A DNA stretch of 51,838 nt from an uncultured bacterium (GCA_903959355.1 CAJBWJ010000032.1:1-51838); one strand, 5' to 3'; shown: positions 41,704 to 50,283, numbered from the stretch's first letter. Program-made: numbers and translations. Notes: a model not told the origin generated them from the letters alone.

Positions 41704-42447
41704 ATGTTTAATCCTCAAGAACTTATTTCTGGATTTTTAAAAGATCAAAACAAAGAACCAAAAAAAGATCAGCGCAAGCGTTCTCCGATTGTTTTAAGAA
41801 TAGAAATTGCTGTTATATTTGCCTTGGCTGGAAGCTTAATAAGTGGTTGTTCTGTTCTTGAAAATAGAGCCAAAGAGAGAATAGCGTCTGCAGGCGTACC
41901 TCCAGCAGTCGCCAATGATCCAGACCTAATCTGGCAAGCTTCAAATGGAGCAACTGATGAAGAGTTGCGAAGTTATGCTAACAGCTTATTGTTGGGAAGA
42001 GAAAGAGAGCTCAATCAGGCGATGGCGACGCAGCAGGCAGAGAAAGAAGCGGCTGCTTTTGCTACACCAACGGCTACGCAAGAACCAGAGATAAACGAAT
42101 TTAAGCCAAAGACTCAAATTAATTTTGAAAAAATAACCGACGGAGTTTATAGTTTTCAGACTGATTCAAATATTGAGATAACTGATCCAGGTTTTATTTT
42201 ATATATAAAGAATACTTTGAAGAAATTGGAAAATTTAGAAAATATCAGAGTTTTCATCTCTGTTATAGATGATGCTACTGGAGTGACTCAAATCGTTCTT
42301 GACTCGACAGCTTCTGACTATAAAGAAGCAAACGGACCGCTCTTTGCTTATGTAGGAGATAAAGTCTTCATTGCTGCCGACGGAGCAGCTTTAACCGAGT
42401 TACTAGATTCGCAGGGAATTAAACATAAAACTTTCGGATTACCATAA
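41704..42447 (+). CDS. lipoprotein, function unknown
   Basis: ATG at 41704 gives MFNPQELISGF...IAVIFALAGSLISGC|SVLEN (lipobox). The ORF-track start at 41587 would translate through the terminator hairpin and was rejected. Confidence 0.6.
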   Translation: MFNPQELISGFLKDQNKEPKKDQRKRSPIVLRIEIAVIFALAGSLISGCSVLENRAKERIASAGVPPAVANDPDLIWQASNGATDEELRSYANSLLLGRERELNQAMATQQAEKEAAAFATPTATQEPEINEFKPKTQINFEKITDGVYSFQTDSNIEITDPGFILYIKNTLKKLENLENIRVFISVIDDATGVTQIVLDSTASDYKEANGPLFAYVGDKVFIAADGAALTELLDSQGIKHKTFGLP

Positions 42448-42581
42448 ATTGGCTTTTAGACTTGTTTTTTTGGCTTTTTTTGACATAATAGTAGAGTATT
42501 TTGTTTTCCTAAATGCCTTTTTCCAGAATCCACTCAATTAAATATAAATATGATTACAGTAAAACAGTAATTTTTTAGAAC

Positions 42582-44036
42582 ATGAAAGGTTCAAAAATTT
42601 TTATGCCAGTTAATAAAACTAGCGCATTAGCAAATGATTTAGTCGGCGAACCAACCAAATCAGAAGTCAAAGTAGAAGCTCAAGTAGAAACTAAACCAGA
42701 TTTACAGCCAGAAGTTAAGGAAGTAGAGAAGGAAATAGAAAATGCTCCAATTGTTTCTATGAATTCTACTGATGCAAAATCTTCATCTTCAACCAAAGAA
42801 GAATCTATGCCAGAAATTCGTCAAGAATCTGTGCAGAGTAGTCAAAATAATTACGCTCCAAGAATCACTCGTCACAAAGTGATGCGTAGCAACTTTCAAG
42901 AAGCAGATGAGTCATCTGAAGTTATTGAAGGTATTCTAGACATGTCCAGAGATGGTCATGGTGTCTTGCGCGTTGGTTATTCAGAATCAGAGCGCGATGC
43001 TTATATTTCTACCTCACAGATTCGCCGCTTACAGTTACGTCCTGGTGATGTTGTCACTGGCCCAGCCAGAAAACCAAAAGATAATGAACGTTTTTGGGGT
43101 TTGCTAAAAATTGACAAAGTTAATGATATTCCAGTTGATGAATTCATGAGAAAAGATCGTGTCAAATTTAAATCTTTGACACCTGTTTATCCAGATAGTC
43201 AGCTAAAGATGGAAACTGGCAAAGAGCCTTTGTCGCTTCGTATTGTCGACATGATTGCTCCAATTGGCAAAGGTCAGCGTAGTTTAATTGTTTCACCTCC
43301 AAAAGCAGGTAAAACCACTTTACTCAAAGATATCGCCACTGGTGTGGCTGCTAATAATCCAGAGATTCACCTCATGGCAGTTCTAGTTGGTGAAAGACCA
43401 GAAGAGGTAACTGACATTCGTCGTCACATTGATCATTTAACTAAAGGTAGAGGAGAAGTGGCGGCTAGTAATTTTGATGAGCCAGCTACCGATCAATGTC
43501 GTGTAGCAGAATTAGCCCTAGAAAGAGCTAAAAGACTTGTAGAGGATGGCAAAGACGTCGTCATTTTACTCGATTCAATTACTCGTTTAGCTAGAGCATA
43601 CAACTTGGCCATGCCAACTTCCGGTCGTACTTTGTCTGGTGGTTTTGATCCAGCTGCTCTTTTCCCACCAAAGAAATTCTTCGGTGCTGCTAGAAATTTT
43701 GAAGTTCAAGGATCTTTAACCATTGTTGGTACTGCTTTAGTAGACACTGGTTCTAGAATGGATGATTTAGTTTATGAAGAGTTTAAGGGTACAGGCAATC
43801 AAGAAATTCATCTTGATAGAGGATTAGCTGAGAGACGTATCCATCCTTCGATAGATGTCCAGAAATCTGGTACTCGCCGTGATGATTTATTAATCGATCC
43901 AGTTACTTATCAAGCAATTATTACTTTGCATCGTATGCTCGATATGCTTGGCAAAGACGAGCGAACTATTACTTTGATTGAAAAATTAAAGAGAAGTGAC
44001 AGCAATAAAGATTTTTTAGCTTCACTTAAAGGTTAA
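42582..44036 (+). CDS. rho: transcription termination factor Rho with non-canonical ~115-aa N-terminal extension
   Basis: 484 aa. CSD-like RNA-binding region IEGILDMSRDGHGVLRV...SQIRRLQLRPGDVVTG, Walker A VSPPKAGKTTLL, and a conserved C-terminal RecA-type core. Confidence 0.95.
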   Translation: MKGSKIFMPVNKTSALANDLVGEPTKSEVKVEAQVETKPDLQPEVKEVEKEIENAPIVSMNSTDAKSSSSTKEESMPEIRQESVQSSQNNYAPRITRHKVMRSNFQEADESSEVIEGILDMSRDGHGVLRVGYSESERDAYISTSQIRRLQLRPGDVVTGPARKPKDNERFWGLLKIDKVNDIPVDEFMRKDRVKFKSLTPVYPDSQLKMETGKEPLSLRIVDMIAPIGKGQRSLIVSPPKAGKTTLLKDIATGVAANNPEIHLMAVLVGERPEEVTDIRRHIDHLTKGRGEVAASNFDEPATDQCRVAELALERAKRLVEDGKDVVILLDSITRLARAYNLAMPTSGRTLSGGFDPAALFPPKKFFGAARNFEVQGSLTIVGTALVDTGSRMDDLVYEEFKGTGNQEIHLDRGLAERRIHPSIDVQKSGTRRDDLLIDPVTYQAIITLHRMLDMLGKDERTITLIEKLKRSDSNKDFLASLKG

Positions 44037-44053
44037 AAAGATCAGCTGAAAGG

Positions 44054-45229
44054 TTGGAAGTGGCTTTATTTGAGAAGAGACCTGAATCTAGCAGAAAAAA
44101 GGGAAAGCTTTTAAGTCAATTAGCTTTGATTTTTACTGACCTGAGGGCTTTTGGCATTTTTGTCAGAACTTACGTTAAATATCGTCTATATAGTGTTTTT
44201 GCTTGGTTTGAAAGTTTCAAAGATAAGCTGGTGGATGTTCTTTATATGCAAAGAGGCAAGTACACAAAGCCTTTTTTGCATTTTGGAACCATTGGACTGA
44301 CATTTTTAATGGTAACTTTGGGCCCGAGTTTTTTATCTAAAACAGATGACAAAAATCAGCAAAAAGCCTTAGCCAGTCCGGTCCTTTCTACAGCTAAAGC
44401 AGCCTCGCCAGACTTCTATACTTCTCAGGCAGAAGAGGTTCGTCAGTATCGTGGTGGTGCAATTATTTCTCACATTGTCTCTGAAGGGGAAACTATTTCT
44501 AGTATTGCCAGCCGCTATGGACTTAGACCAAGCACCATTCTTTGGGAAAATAATTTAACTGACCAGTCCAAAATTAAACCAGGCCAAGAATTAAACATTT
44601 TGCCAGTTGATGGAGTTCGTCACAAAGTTACTCGTGGTGAAACTATCTATTCAATTGGTAAGAAATATGGCTTGGATGGTTCTCAAGTCCAGATGATTGT
44701 TGACTATCCTTTTAATGAATTTCTAAATGATGAAACTTTTGAATTAGTTGTAGGTCAATACTTAATGGTGCCAGAAGGTGAAAAGGCAGAGGTAAAATTG
44801 CCAGCTAATACTACTGGTAAAGCCAAGTATGGCAGCCTAACTCCTGATGCCGGAACAGTTTCTGCTCTTGGATCTTTCATTTGGCCAGCATCCGGTGGAA
44901 TTACTCAGGGTTATAGCTTCTTTCACAAGGCTTTTGATATTGCTAATCGTGCTGCCGGTCCAATTTTAGCTGCAGATGCTGGTATGGTAACTACTGCTGG
45001 CTGGCCAGATAGTTCTGGCTATGGCAACAGAGTAGTGATTGACCACGGCAATGGCTACATTACTCTTTATGGCCATATGTCTGTGATTCAGGTGGTATCA
45101 GGACAAAGAGTCAAAAGAGGAGATGTAATAGGTCAAATGGGCAATACTGGTCGTAGTACTGGTACTCATTTGCACTTTGAAATTCGTCAGGGCGGAGCTT
45201 TGCTCAACCCAGCAAGTTTTTTAAAATAG
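44054..45229 (+). CDS. LysM-domain M23 peptidoglycan metalloendopeptidase
   Basis: 391 aa with a TTG start (GTG at 44060 is an alternative). One TM, two LysM-like repeats (HIVSEGETISSIASRYGL..., HKVTRGETIYSIGKKYGL...), and an M23 core HKAFDI ... YGHMS ... GNTGRSTGTHLHFEI. Confidence 0.9.
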   Translation: MEVALFEKRPESSRKKGKLLSQLALIFTDLRAFGIFVRTYVKYRLYSVFAWFESFKDKLVDVLYMQRGKYTKPFLHFGTIGLTFLMVTLGPSFLSKTDDKNQQKALASPVLSTAKAASPDFYTSQAEEVRQYRGGAIISHIVSEGETISSIASRYGLRPSTILWENNLTDQSKIKPGQELNILPVDGVRHKVTRGETIYSIGKKYGLDGSQVQMIVDYPFNEFLNDETFELVVGQYLMVPEGEKAEVKLPANTTGKAKYGSLTPDAGTVSALGSFIWPASGGITQGYSFFHKAFDIANRAAGPILAADAGMVTTAGWPDSSGYGNRVVIDHGNGYITLYGHMSVIQVVSGQRVKRGDVIGQMGNTGRSTGTHLHFEIRQGGALLNPASFLK

Positions 45230-45262
45230 AAATAAAACCTTTATTAATTAGAAAGTAAAAAT

Positions 45263-46426
45263 ATGATCGATTTAGTTAAATTAACTCTGGCAGCAGGCGA
45301 TGGAGGAAATGGTAAAGTTTCTTTCCGCCGCGAAAAATTTGTCACCAAGGGTGGTCCTGATGGTGGCGATGGTGGTAATGGTGGTTCGATTACCATTCGT
45401 TGTAAATCAGGTATGACCACCTTGAGAGACTATGCTGGAGTAAAGCTAGTCAAGGCTGGGGCCGGTAAAAACGGTGATCGCAAGAAAAAATTTGGTGAAA
45501 AAGGTGAAGACAAAGTTTTGGAAGTGCCAGTTGGCACTGTCGTTTATCTGCTTGGAGAAAATAAGATTGCCTTTAAAAAAAGAAATAATACTTTGCTTGG
45601 TGAAGAAGCTTTGCATGGTGGCAAGTATTATCTAGAAGAAGAAAATCAAGGCGTTCCATTTAGAGATTTCGACGATAAAATCAATTTATTGGAAGAGAAG
45701 CTTGAGCTTTTTGTTTTCAAAGAAGACGGTCAAGAGCTCTTGATCTGCGAAGGTGGCAAAGGTGGTAGAGGTAGTGTTCATTTCAAATCATCAGTCAAAA
45801 CTACTCCTCTGGAAGCAGAATATGGCGTATTTGGTGAGCAGAAACTATTACAATTCGAGCTCAAATTATTAGCTGATCTCGGTTTAGTCGGTTTTCCAAA
45901 TGCTGGCAAGAGTACTTTTCTTTCCAAAGTAACCAAGGCTAATCCAAAAATTGCTAACTATCCATTTACCACAATCGAACCAAATCTAGGCATCATGTAT
46001 CTTGGTCTTGGCCAAGGTAAGGACGAATTAGTCGTTGCAGATATTCCTGGTCTGATTGAGGGAGCGAGTAAAGGCAAGGGTTTGGGTTTAGACTTCTTGC
46101 GTCATATCGAAAACTGCAAGAGTTTAATGTTTATTCTTTATTTAGATGAAGAAATGATCTTTGACGAGAACGTTAGCGATGAGCAAAAAGCCGAAATGCT
46201 TTTCAAGCAATATGAGCAACTCAGAAAAGAATTAAGTGATTATGATCCAAAAATGCTCGAAAAACGCTCGATTGTGACTATCAATAAGATAGATCTATAC
46301 ACTGATGAACAGATGGATATCTTTAGATCATATTTTATAGCAAAAGATGTGAATGTGATGTTCTTTAGTATGTTTACCAATAAAGGTTTGGAAGAAGTTA
46401 AGAAAGCAATCGCTAAGACACTTTAG
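45263..46426 (+). CDS. obg: GTPase Obg/CgtA
   Basis: 387 aa. Gly-rich Obg fold (GDGGNGKVSFRREKF...GGPDGGDGGNGG), G1 GFPNAGKSTFLS, G3 DIPGLIEGAS, G4 NKID. An extra ~55-aa segment lies inside the Obg fold. Confidence 0.95.
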   Translation: MIDLVKLTLAAGDGGNGKVSFRREKFVTKGGPDGGDGGNGGSITIRCKSGMTTLRDYAGVKLVKAGAGKNGDRKKKFGEKGEDKVLEVPVGTVVYLLGENKIAFKKRNNTLLGEEALHGGKYYLEEENQGVPFRDFDDKINLLEEKLELFVFKEDGQELLICEGGKGGRGSVHFKSSVKTTPLEAEYGVFGEQKLLQFELKLLADLGLVGFPNAGKSTFLSKVTKANPKIANYPFTTIEPNLGIMYLGLGQGKDELVVADIPGLIEGASKGKGLGLDFLRHIENCKSLMFILYLDEEMIFDENVSDEQKAEMLFKQYEQLRKELSDYDPKMLEKRSIVTINKIDLYTDEQMDIFRSYFIAKDVNVMFFSMFTNKGLEEVKKAIAKTL

Positions 46427-48534
46427 TTTCCAACTAGTGTTTGATCAGAAGTAAGAGCACCATCTTGAATGGCGGTTTCAGCGTCCTGCTGGTTCAATAG
46501 GGTAGATAATCCAGAGTCAGAACTTATACTTGGAAGAGTGAATGCATTTGCTGAATCGCTAGCTTGTTTTGGTTTTGAAATGGTTGAATTGATTGAAGTA
46601 TCTTGTGGAGCGGATCCTTTAGCAGCATTAGATTTAGCAGCTTCAATTTGTGCATTAACTGCATTCAAATCCTTTTCAATTGTTTTATAGTTCTCAGAAT
46701 CTTTTTCTAATAAAGCCAAGGTTTTGGTTAGAGAAACTTGAGCTTCAGTCCACTGCTTATTGGCGATTAATGCTTGAGCTAGATAATAATGCGCAGTTTG
46801 AAGATCTGCTTTTCTTTCTACCGCCTGAGTAAAGAAAGTAATTGCATTTGGATAATCTTTGCTATTCATGAAAAGTTGTCCCATCGCTAGTCTTAATTCT
46901 GGGCTGTTAGGGTTATATGTGATTGCCTTAGCTAGAGCATTAAAAGCTTCTTGCTGAGCTTGATCAGTAGTACCCAATAATTGCATGTAGATCTGTGATA
47001 AAGCATACCAATTCTGGTAGTTCAAAGGGCCTAAAACGGTTGCGGCTTTAGCTTCAGTGATAGATTGGTTAACTAACTGCAAAACCTGCTCTTGTTCGGT
47101 TGTAGTAGCATCAGTTTTATTGGACATGGCAATAGCGATATTCAAATTAATGATAGCGTTATTACGTCTTATGAAGTCAAGCTTTGGTGCTAGAATTTTT
47201 GCCTGGTTGTAATTATTGTAAGCTTTAATAACATCATTATTATTAACATTGACGTTACTTTGGTAGAGTAAATTGTAAGCAACAAATGACTTGCCACTGA
47301 TATAAAGCATCGCGCCGAAGATAGTAATCAATGCTGCATTTGCACTAATTAGAAAGTAGTTTTTAATTTTAGCTAATTTAATTTGATCGTCGTTCAGTTC
47401 AGCATTATTTCCTAAATTAGCAGATGGATAAACATTGAAGCTGGTTTTTTTATATTGATCGCGATTGGAAGCAACGAAACAAGCCAAAGCAATAGCAAGC
47501 AAGGTAAACATAACTAAATTAATAGGGCTGAAGAATTGCCAAATTAATGTGCTGATGACAAATACCTTGAGAAAAACATGTTGATCGTCATTTTTACTGA
47601 CAGTGACGAAAGTTTTCCATAGGAAAAATAAATAAGTAAGTAGGCCAACTGCTCCAAGACTAACAACAAGAGTGAGCGGAAAATTGAAAGCTGAATCAAA
47701 AGTAGTTTGCCAAATATCCAACCCATTAATCCAAACAGGCTTGAGAATATTGAAAGCATTTCCATAGGAATCTGGACCATAGCCGAAGATCGCGTTTTTA
47801 GTTAGGATCAAACTATCTTTGGCGATAGTGGCACTGGCAGTTAAAGAAAGATTTTTGAAATAGGCTTGGCCGCCTGGCAGAACTGCCCAGATATTTATAC
47901 CTAAAGCAATTGCAGCTAATACAGTAACGATTTTATTTAAAAAAGAATTTTTCCAAGATTTTTGATCGAAAACATTGCTAAGTAAAACCACTGATAAGAG
48001 CTGTATGGTTACAAAAGAAAAACCAGTCAAGGTGAAGGACAAGTCGTTGGTTAGTTTCCAAATACTGATTTTATTGATGAAAGAGGATAGTCCGATGCCG
48101 AAAAATTGCAAAATAGATAAGACACTTAATAAAAGAGTAGCAATGTTGATTATTAGAGAAAATTGTTTGTTTAGATTATTTTTATTTAAAATAGATGGGG
48201 CGACAAGGATAATAATAGCAAAACTTAAGTAAATTCCTCCAACACCCAAGAATTGTCCGTTTGGATATTGATGGCCAATCAAACTTGAGATAATTACCAA
48301 AACAGTAAAGATGAGTAGCGGTACGGTGAATGGAGTTACAACAAACTGCCATTTTTTCTTTTGCAAGCTTTGAATGATAAATGCAAAACCACTTGCAAAT
48401 GCAATCAAAAAAGCTAGAGCTAATTTACTGTTGTAAAAAGGATTGATTAAGTATGGAAAAAAGAAAGTTGGTAATAAAAAAGCTATTAACAATAGAAACC
48501 AGGTGAACAGAGTACTCAATTTATTTTCCTTCAT
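46423..48534 (-). CDS. O-antigen-ligase (Wzy_C)-like polytopic membrane protein with C-terminal TPR repeats
   Basis: 703 aa with ~12 TM helices. A loop-plus-helix segment, GYGPDSYGNAF...TFDSAFNFPLTLVVSLGAVGLL, resembles the Wzy_C core (G.G...F ... H.HN..L.....G..G) but lacks the His residues. The C-terminal ~250 aa are TPR-like (AYNNYNQAKILAP..., YALSQIYMQL..., AITFFTQAVERKADLQTAHYYLAQAL). Confidence 0.5.
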   Translation of the reverse strand: MKENKLSTLFTWFLLLIAFLLPTFFFPYLINPFYNSKLALAFLIAFASGFAFIIQSLQKKKWQFVVTPFTVPLLIFTVLVIISSLIGHQYPNGQFLGVGGIYLSFAIIILVAPSILNKNNLNKQFSLIINIATLLLSVLSILQFFGIGLSSFINKISIWKLTNDLSFTLTGFSFVTIQLLSVVLLSNVFDQKSWKNSFLNKIVTVLAAIALGINIWAVLPGGQAYFKNLSLTASATIAKDSLILTKNAIFGYGPDSYGNAFNILKPVWINGLDIWQTTFDSAFNFPLTLVVSLGAVGLLTYLFFLWKTFVTVSKNDDQHVFLKVFVISTLIWQFFSPINLVMFTLLAIALACFVASNRDQYKKTSFNVYPSANLGNNAELNDDQIKLAKIKNYFLISANAALITIFGAMLYISGKSFVAYNLLYQSNVNVNNNDVIKAYNNYNQAKILAPKLDFIRRNNAIINLNIAIAMSNKTDATTTEQEQVLQLVNQSITEAKAATVLGPLNYQNWYALSQIYMQLLGTTDQAQQEAFNALAKAITYNPNSPELRLAMGQLFMNSKDYPNAITFFTQAVERKADLQTAHYYLAQALIANKQWTEAQVSLTKTLALLEKDSENYKTIEKDLNAVNAQIEAAKSNAAKGSAPQDTSINSTISKPKQASDSANAFTLPSISSDSGLSTLLNQQDAETAIQDGALTSDQTLVGN

Positions 48535-48561
48535 CGTATGTTAAGATTAAACTATAAAAAG

Positions 48562-49242
48562 ATGAAAAACAAGCCTTCAAATCATCGACAAAAAGGCCTC
48601 ACCTTGATAGAAATTCTCATCGTTGTGGCCATTCTTTTGCTCCTTTTAGTTGCACTTTTTAGGCTGTTTGGCAGCGGAACAAATCGTGCGAGAGATGCGC
48701 AGCGCAAGACAGATTTGAAAAACATTAAATTGGCTTTTGAAGACTACTACAACGACAATCAAAGCTATCCGCCAGTAGAGACTTTATCAGACTGCGGTGG
48801 TGATTCATTGAAACCATATTTGAAAACAGTACCTTGTGACCCAAGTACAGGAGAACCATATCTTTACCTTCCAGCCTTTGGAAATTATAGCTATAGAGTG
48901 CTTAGTATATTGGAAGATTCATCTGATCCAATTATAGAAAAATTAGGTTGTATTGGTGGTTGTGGAGGTATTCCAGAAGGTAATTCTAAATATGCAGACC
49001 GAGAAAAATATGTTTATGCAATTGCAGAAGGGGAACCTCTTGCTCCTGGAGTGACTGCTGCTCCTACAGCTGAGCCTGGGTATTGTGAGACTCATGCCTG
49101 CTACTGTTGTTCTAATTCTGCGTATACAACTTCTCAAGATTGTAATGTTTGGGCAGCTAGTGGCGGTAATAATTGTGACATGGGACCATATTTATTAATT
49201 CCTGATTGTTACGACAATACACCTTGTGTCAGTGATTTTTAA
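48562..49242 (+). CDS. type IV pilin / pseudopilin-like protein (class III signal peptide), Cys-rich C-terminus
   Basis: MKNKPSNHRQKG|LTLIEILIVVAILLLLLVALF (the ORF track starts 8 codons earlier at 48538). Shares RDAQRKTDLKNIKLAFEDYYNDNQSYP with the two following genes. Confidence 0.75.
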   Translation: MKNKPSNHRQKGLTLIEILIVVAILLLLLVALFRLFGSGTNRARDAQRKTDLKNIKLAFEDYYNDNQSYPPVETLSDCGGDSLKPYLKTVPCDPSTGEPYLYLPAFGNYSYRVLSILEDSSDPIIEKLGCIGGCGGIPEGNSKYADREKYVYAIAEGEPLAPGVTAAPTAEPGYCETHACYCCSNSAYTTSQDCNVWAASGGNNCDMGPYLLIPDCYDNTPCVSDF

Positions 49243-49258
49243 ATATAAACTTAAAGTT

Positions 49259-49819
49259 ATGAGGATAAAATCAAACCAAAAAGCTTTTACTTTGCTCGAA
49301 CTTCTTGTAGTGATGGCAATTATGGCAATTTTAACTGTCATCGGCATTCGTGCTTTTGGCACTGTCCAGCAGAAATCCAGAGACAGTCATCGTAAACAGG
49401 GCATGCAGAGCATTAATAAGGCTTTAGAGCTTTATTACAATGACTATAAGCGTTATCCATATTCTTCTTTAGATGGAAAAATTGAAGGTTGTGGAGCAGG
49501 TGCTCTTCAAGCTTGTTCTTGGGGAGATGTCTGGCAAAATACCAGCAATCAAACTTTATATATGAGTGAGTTACCAGTTGATTTGGGAGGTAATCAATAT
49601 TTTTATATAGCAGATAGTCAGGGTAGAAGCTTTAGTCTTTTTACTTACTTAGAAAATACTGAAGACAGTAATGTGGTTAGGGATACTGATGATAACCCGG
49701 CTTATTATAGTGGTACTTCTTGTCGCATCTCGAACGGATCTTTGCTAACAGATAGCTGTAATTATGTAGTAATGAGTTCAAATACAATCACCACTCCAGC
49801 AGTGGTAAGTGGCAACTAA
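49259..49819 (+). CDS. type IV pilin / pseudopilin-like protein
   Basis: ATG at 49259 gives MRIKSNQKA|FTLLELLVVMAIMAILTVIG, then SRDSHRKQGMQSINKALELYYNDYKRYP. The ORF-track start at 49226 overlaps the previous gene and adds a non-signal-like prefix. Confidence 0.75.
   Translation: MRIKSNQKAFTLLELLVVMAIMAILTVIGIRAFGTVQQKSRDSHRKQGMQSINKALELYYNDYKRYPYSSLDGKIEGCGAGALQACSWGDVWQNTSNQTLYMSELPVDLGGNQYFYIADSQGRSFSLFTYLENTEDSNVVRDTDDNPAYYSGTSCRISNGSLLTDSCNYVVMSSNTITTPAVVSGN
49283..49311 (+). repeat. 29-bp exact direct repeat, copy 1 (pilin signal/N-helix coding)
   Basis: GCTTTTACTTTGCTCGAACTTCTTGTAGT is identical to 49834-49862. Confidence 0.9.
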
Positions 49820-49821
49820 TT

Positions 49822-50283
49822 ATGAAAAAAAACGCTTTTACTTTGCTCGAACTTCTTGTAGTAATTTCTATCTTAGGTATTTTGGTGGCCGTGATTTTAC
49901 CAAATTTGGTTGGTGTTCGTGCTCGTGCTCGCGATAGTGCTTTGAAAAATGACATACGTCAGCTCAAGACTGCTTTGCGCATGTATTACAACGACAATCA
50001 AAAATATCCTCCAAGTGATGGTAGTGGTAATATTATTGGCTGTGGAGCTACTGGCGCTTCAGTTTGCCCAAATAATGATGGAAGCTTTGGCATAGGCACT
50101 CTTTTATATATGAAGGAAATGCCAACTAGTGAAGAGTATAGCTACAGCTCAGTTTCAGATGGAGACGATTTTTTGCTTTCAACCTTACTAGAAAATGCTT
50201 CAGACTCTGATATTGAAGATAGCATTGCCCATTGCTTAGTAGAAACTCCAATCGCTTCAAACTATTATGTTTGCGCTGATTAG
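49822..50283 (+). CDS. type IV pilin / pseudopilin-like protein
   Basis: MKKNA|FTLLELLVVISILGILVAVILP, then ARDSALKNDIRQLKTALRMYYNDNQKYP. 153 aa. Confidence 0.8.
   Translation: MKKNAFTLLELLVVISILGILVAVILPNLVGVRARARDSALKNDIRQLKTALRMYYNDNQKYPPSDGSGNIIGCGATGASVCPNNDGSFGIGTLLYMKEMPTSEEYSYSSVSDGDDFLLSTLLENASDSDIEDSIAHCLVETPIASNYYVCAD
49834..49862 (+). repeat. 29-bp exact direct repeat, copy 2
   Basis: GCTTTTACTTTGCTCGAACTTCTTGTAGT is identical to 49283-49311. Confidence 0.9.

Noticed and set aside
48538-48561. First ATG of pilin gene 1, and the similar 49226 start of pilin gene 2
   Set aside because: They give atypically long or non-basic prepilin leaders. The 49226 start also overlaps the previous gene. 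Downstream ATGs give standard short basic leaders. Both models remain possible for 48538.
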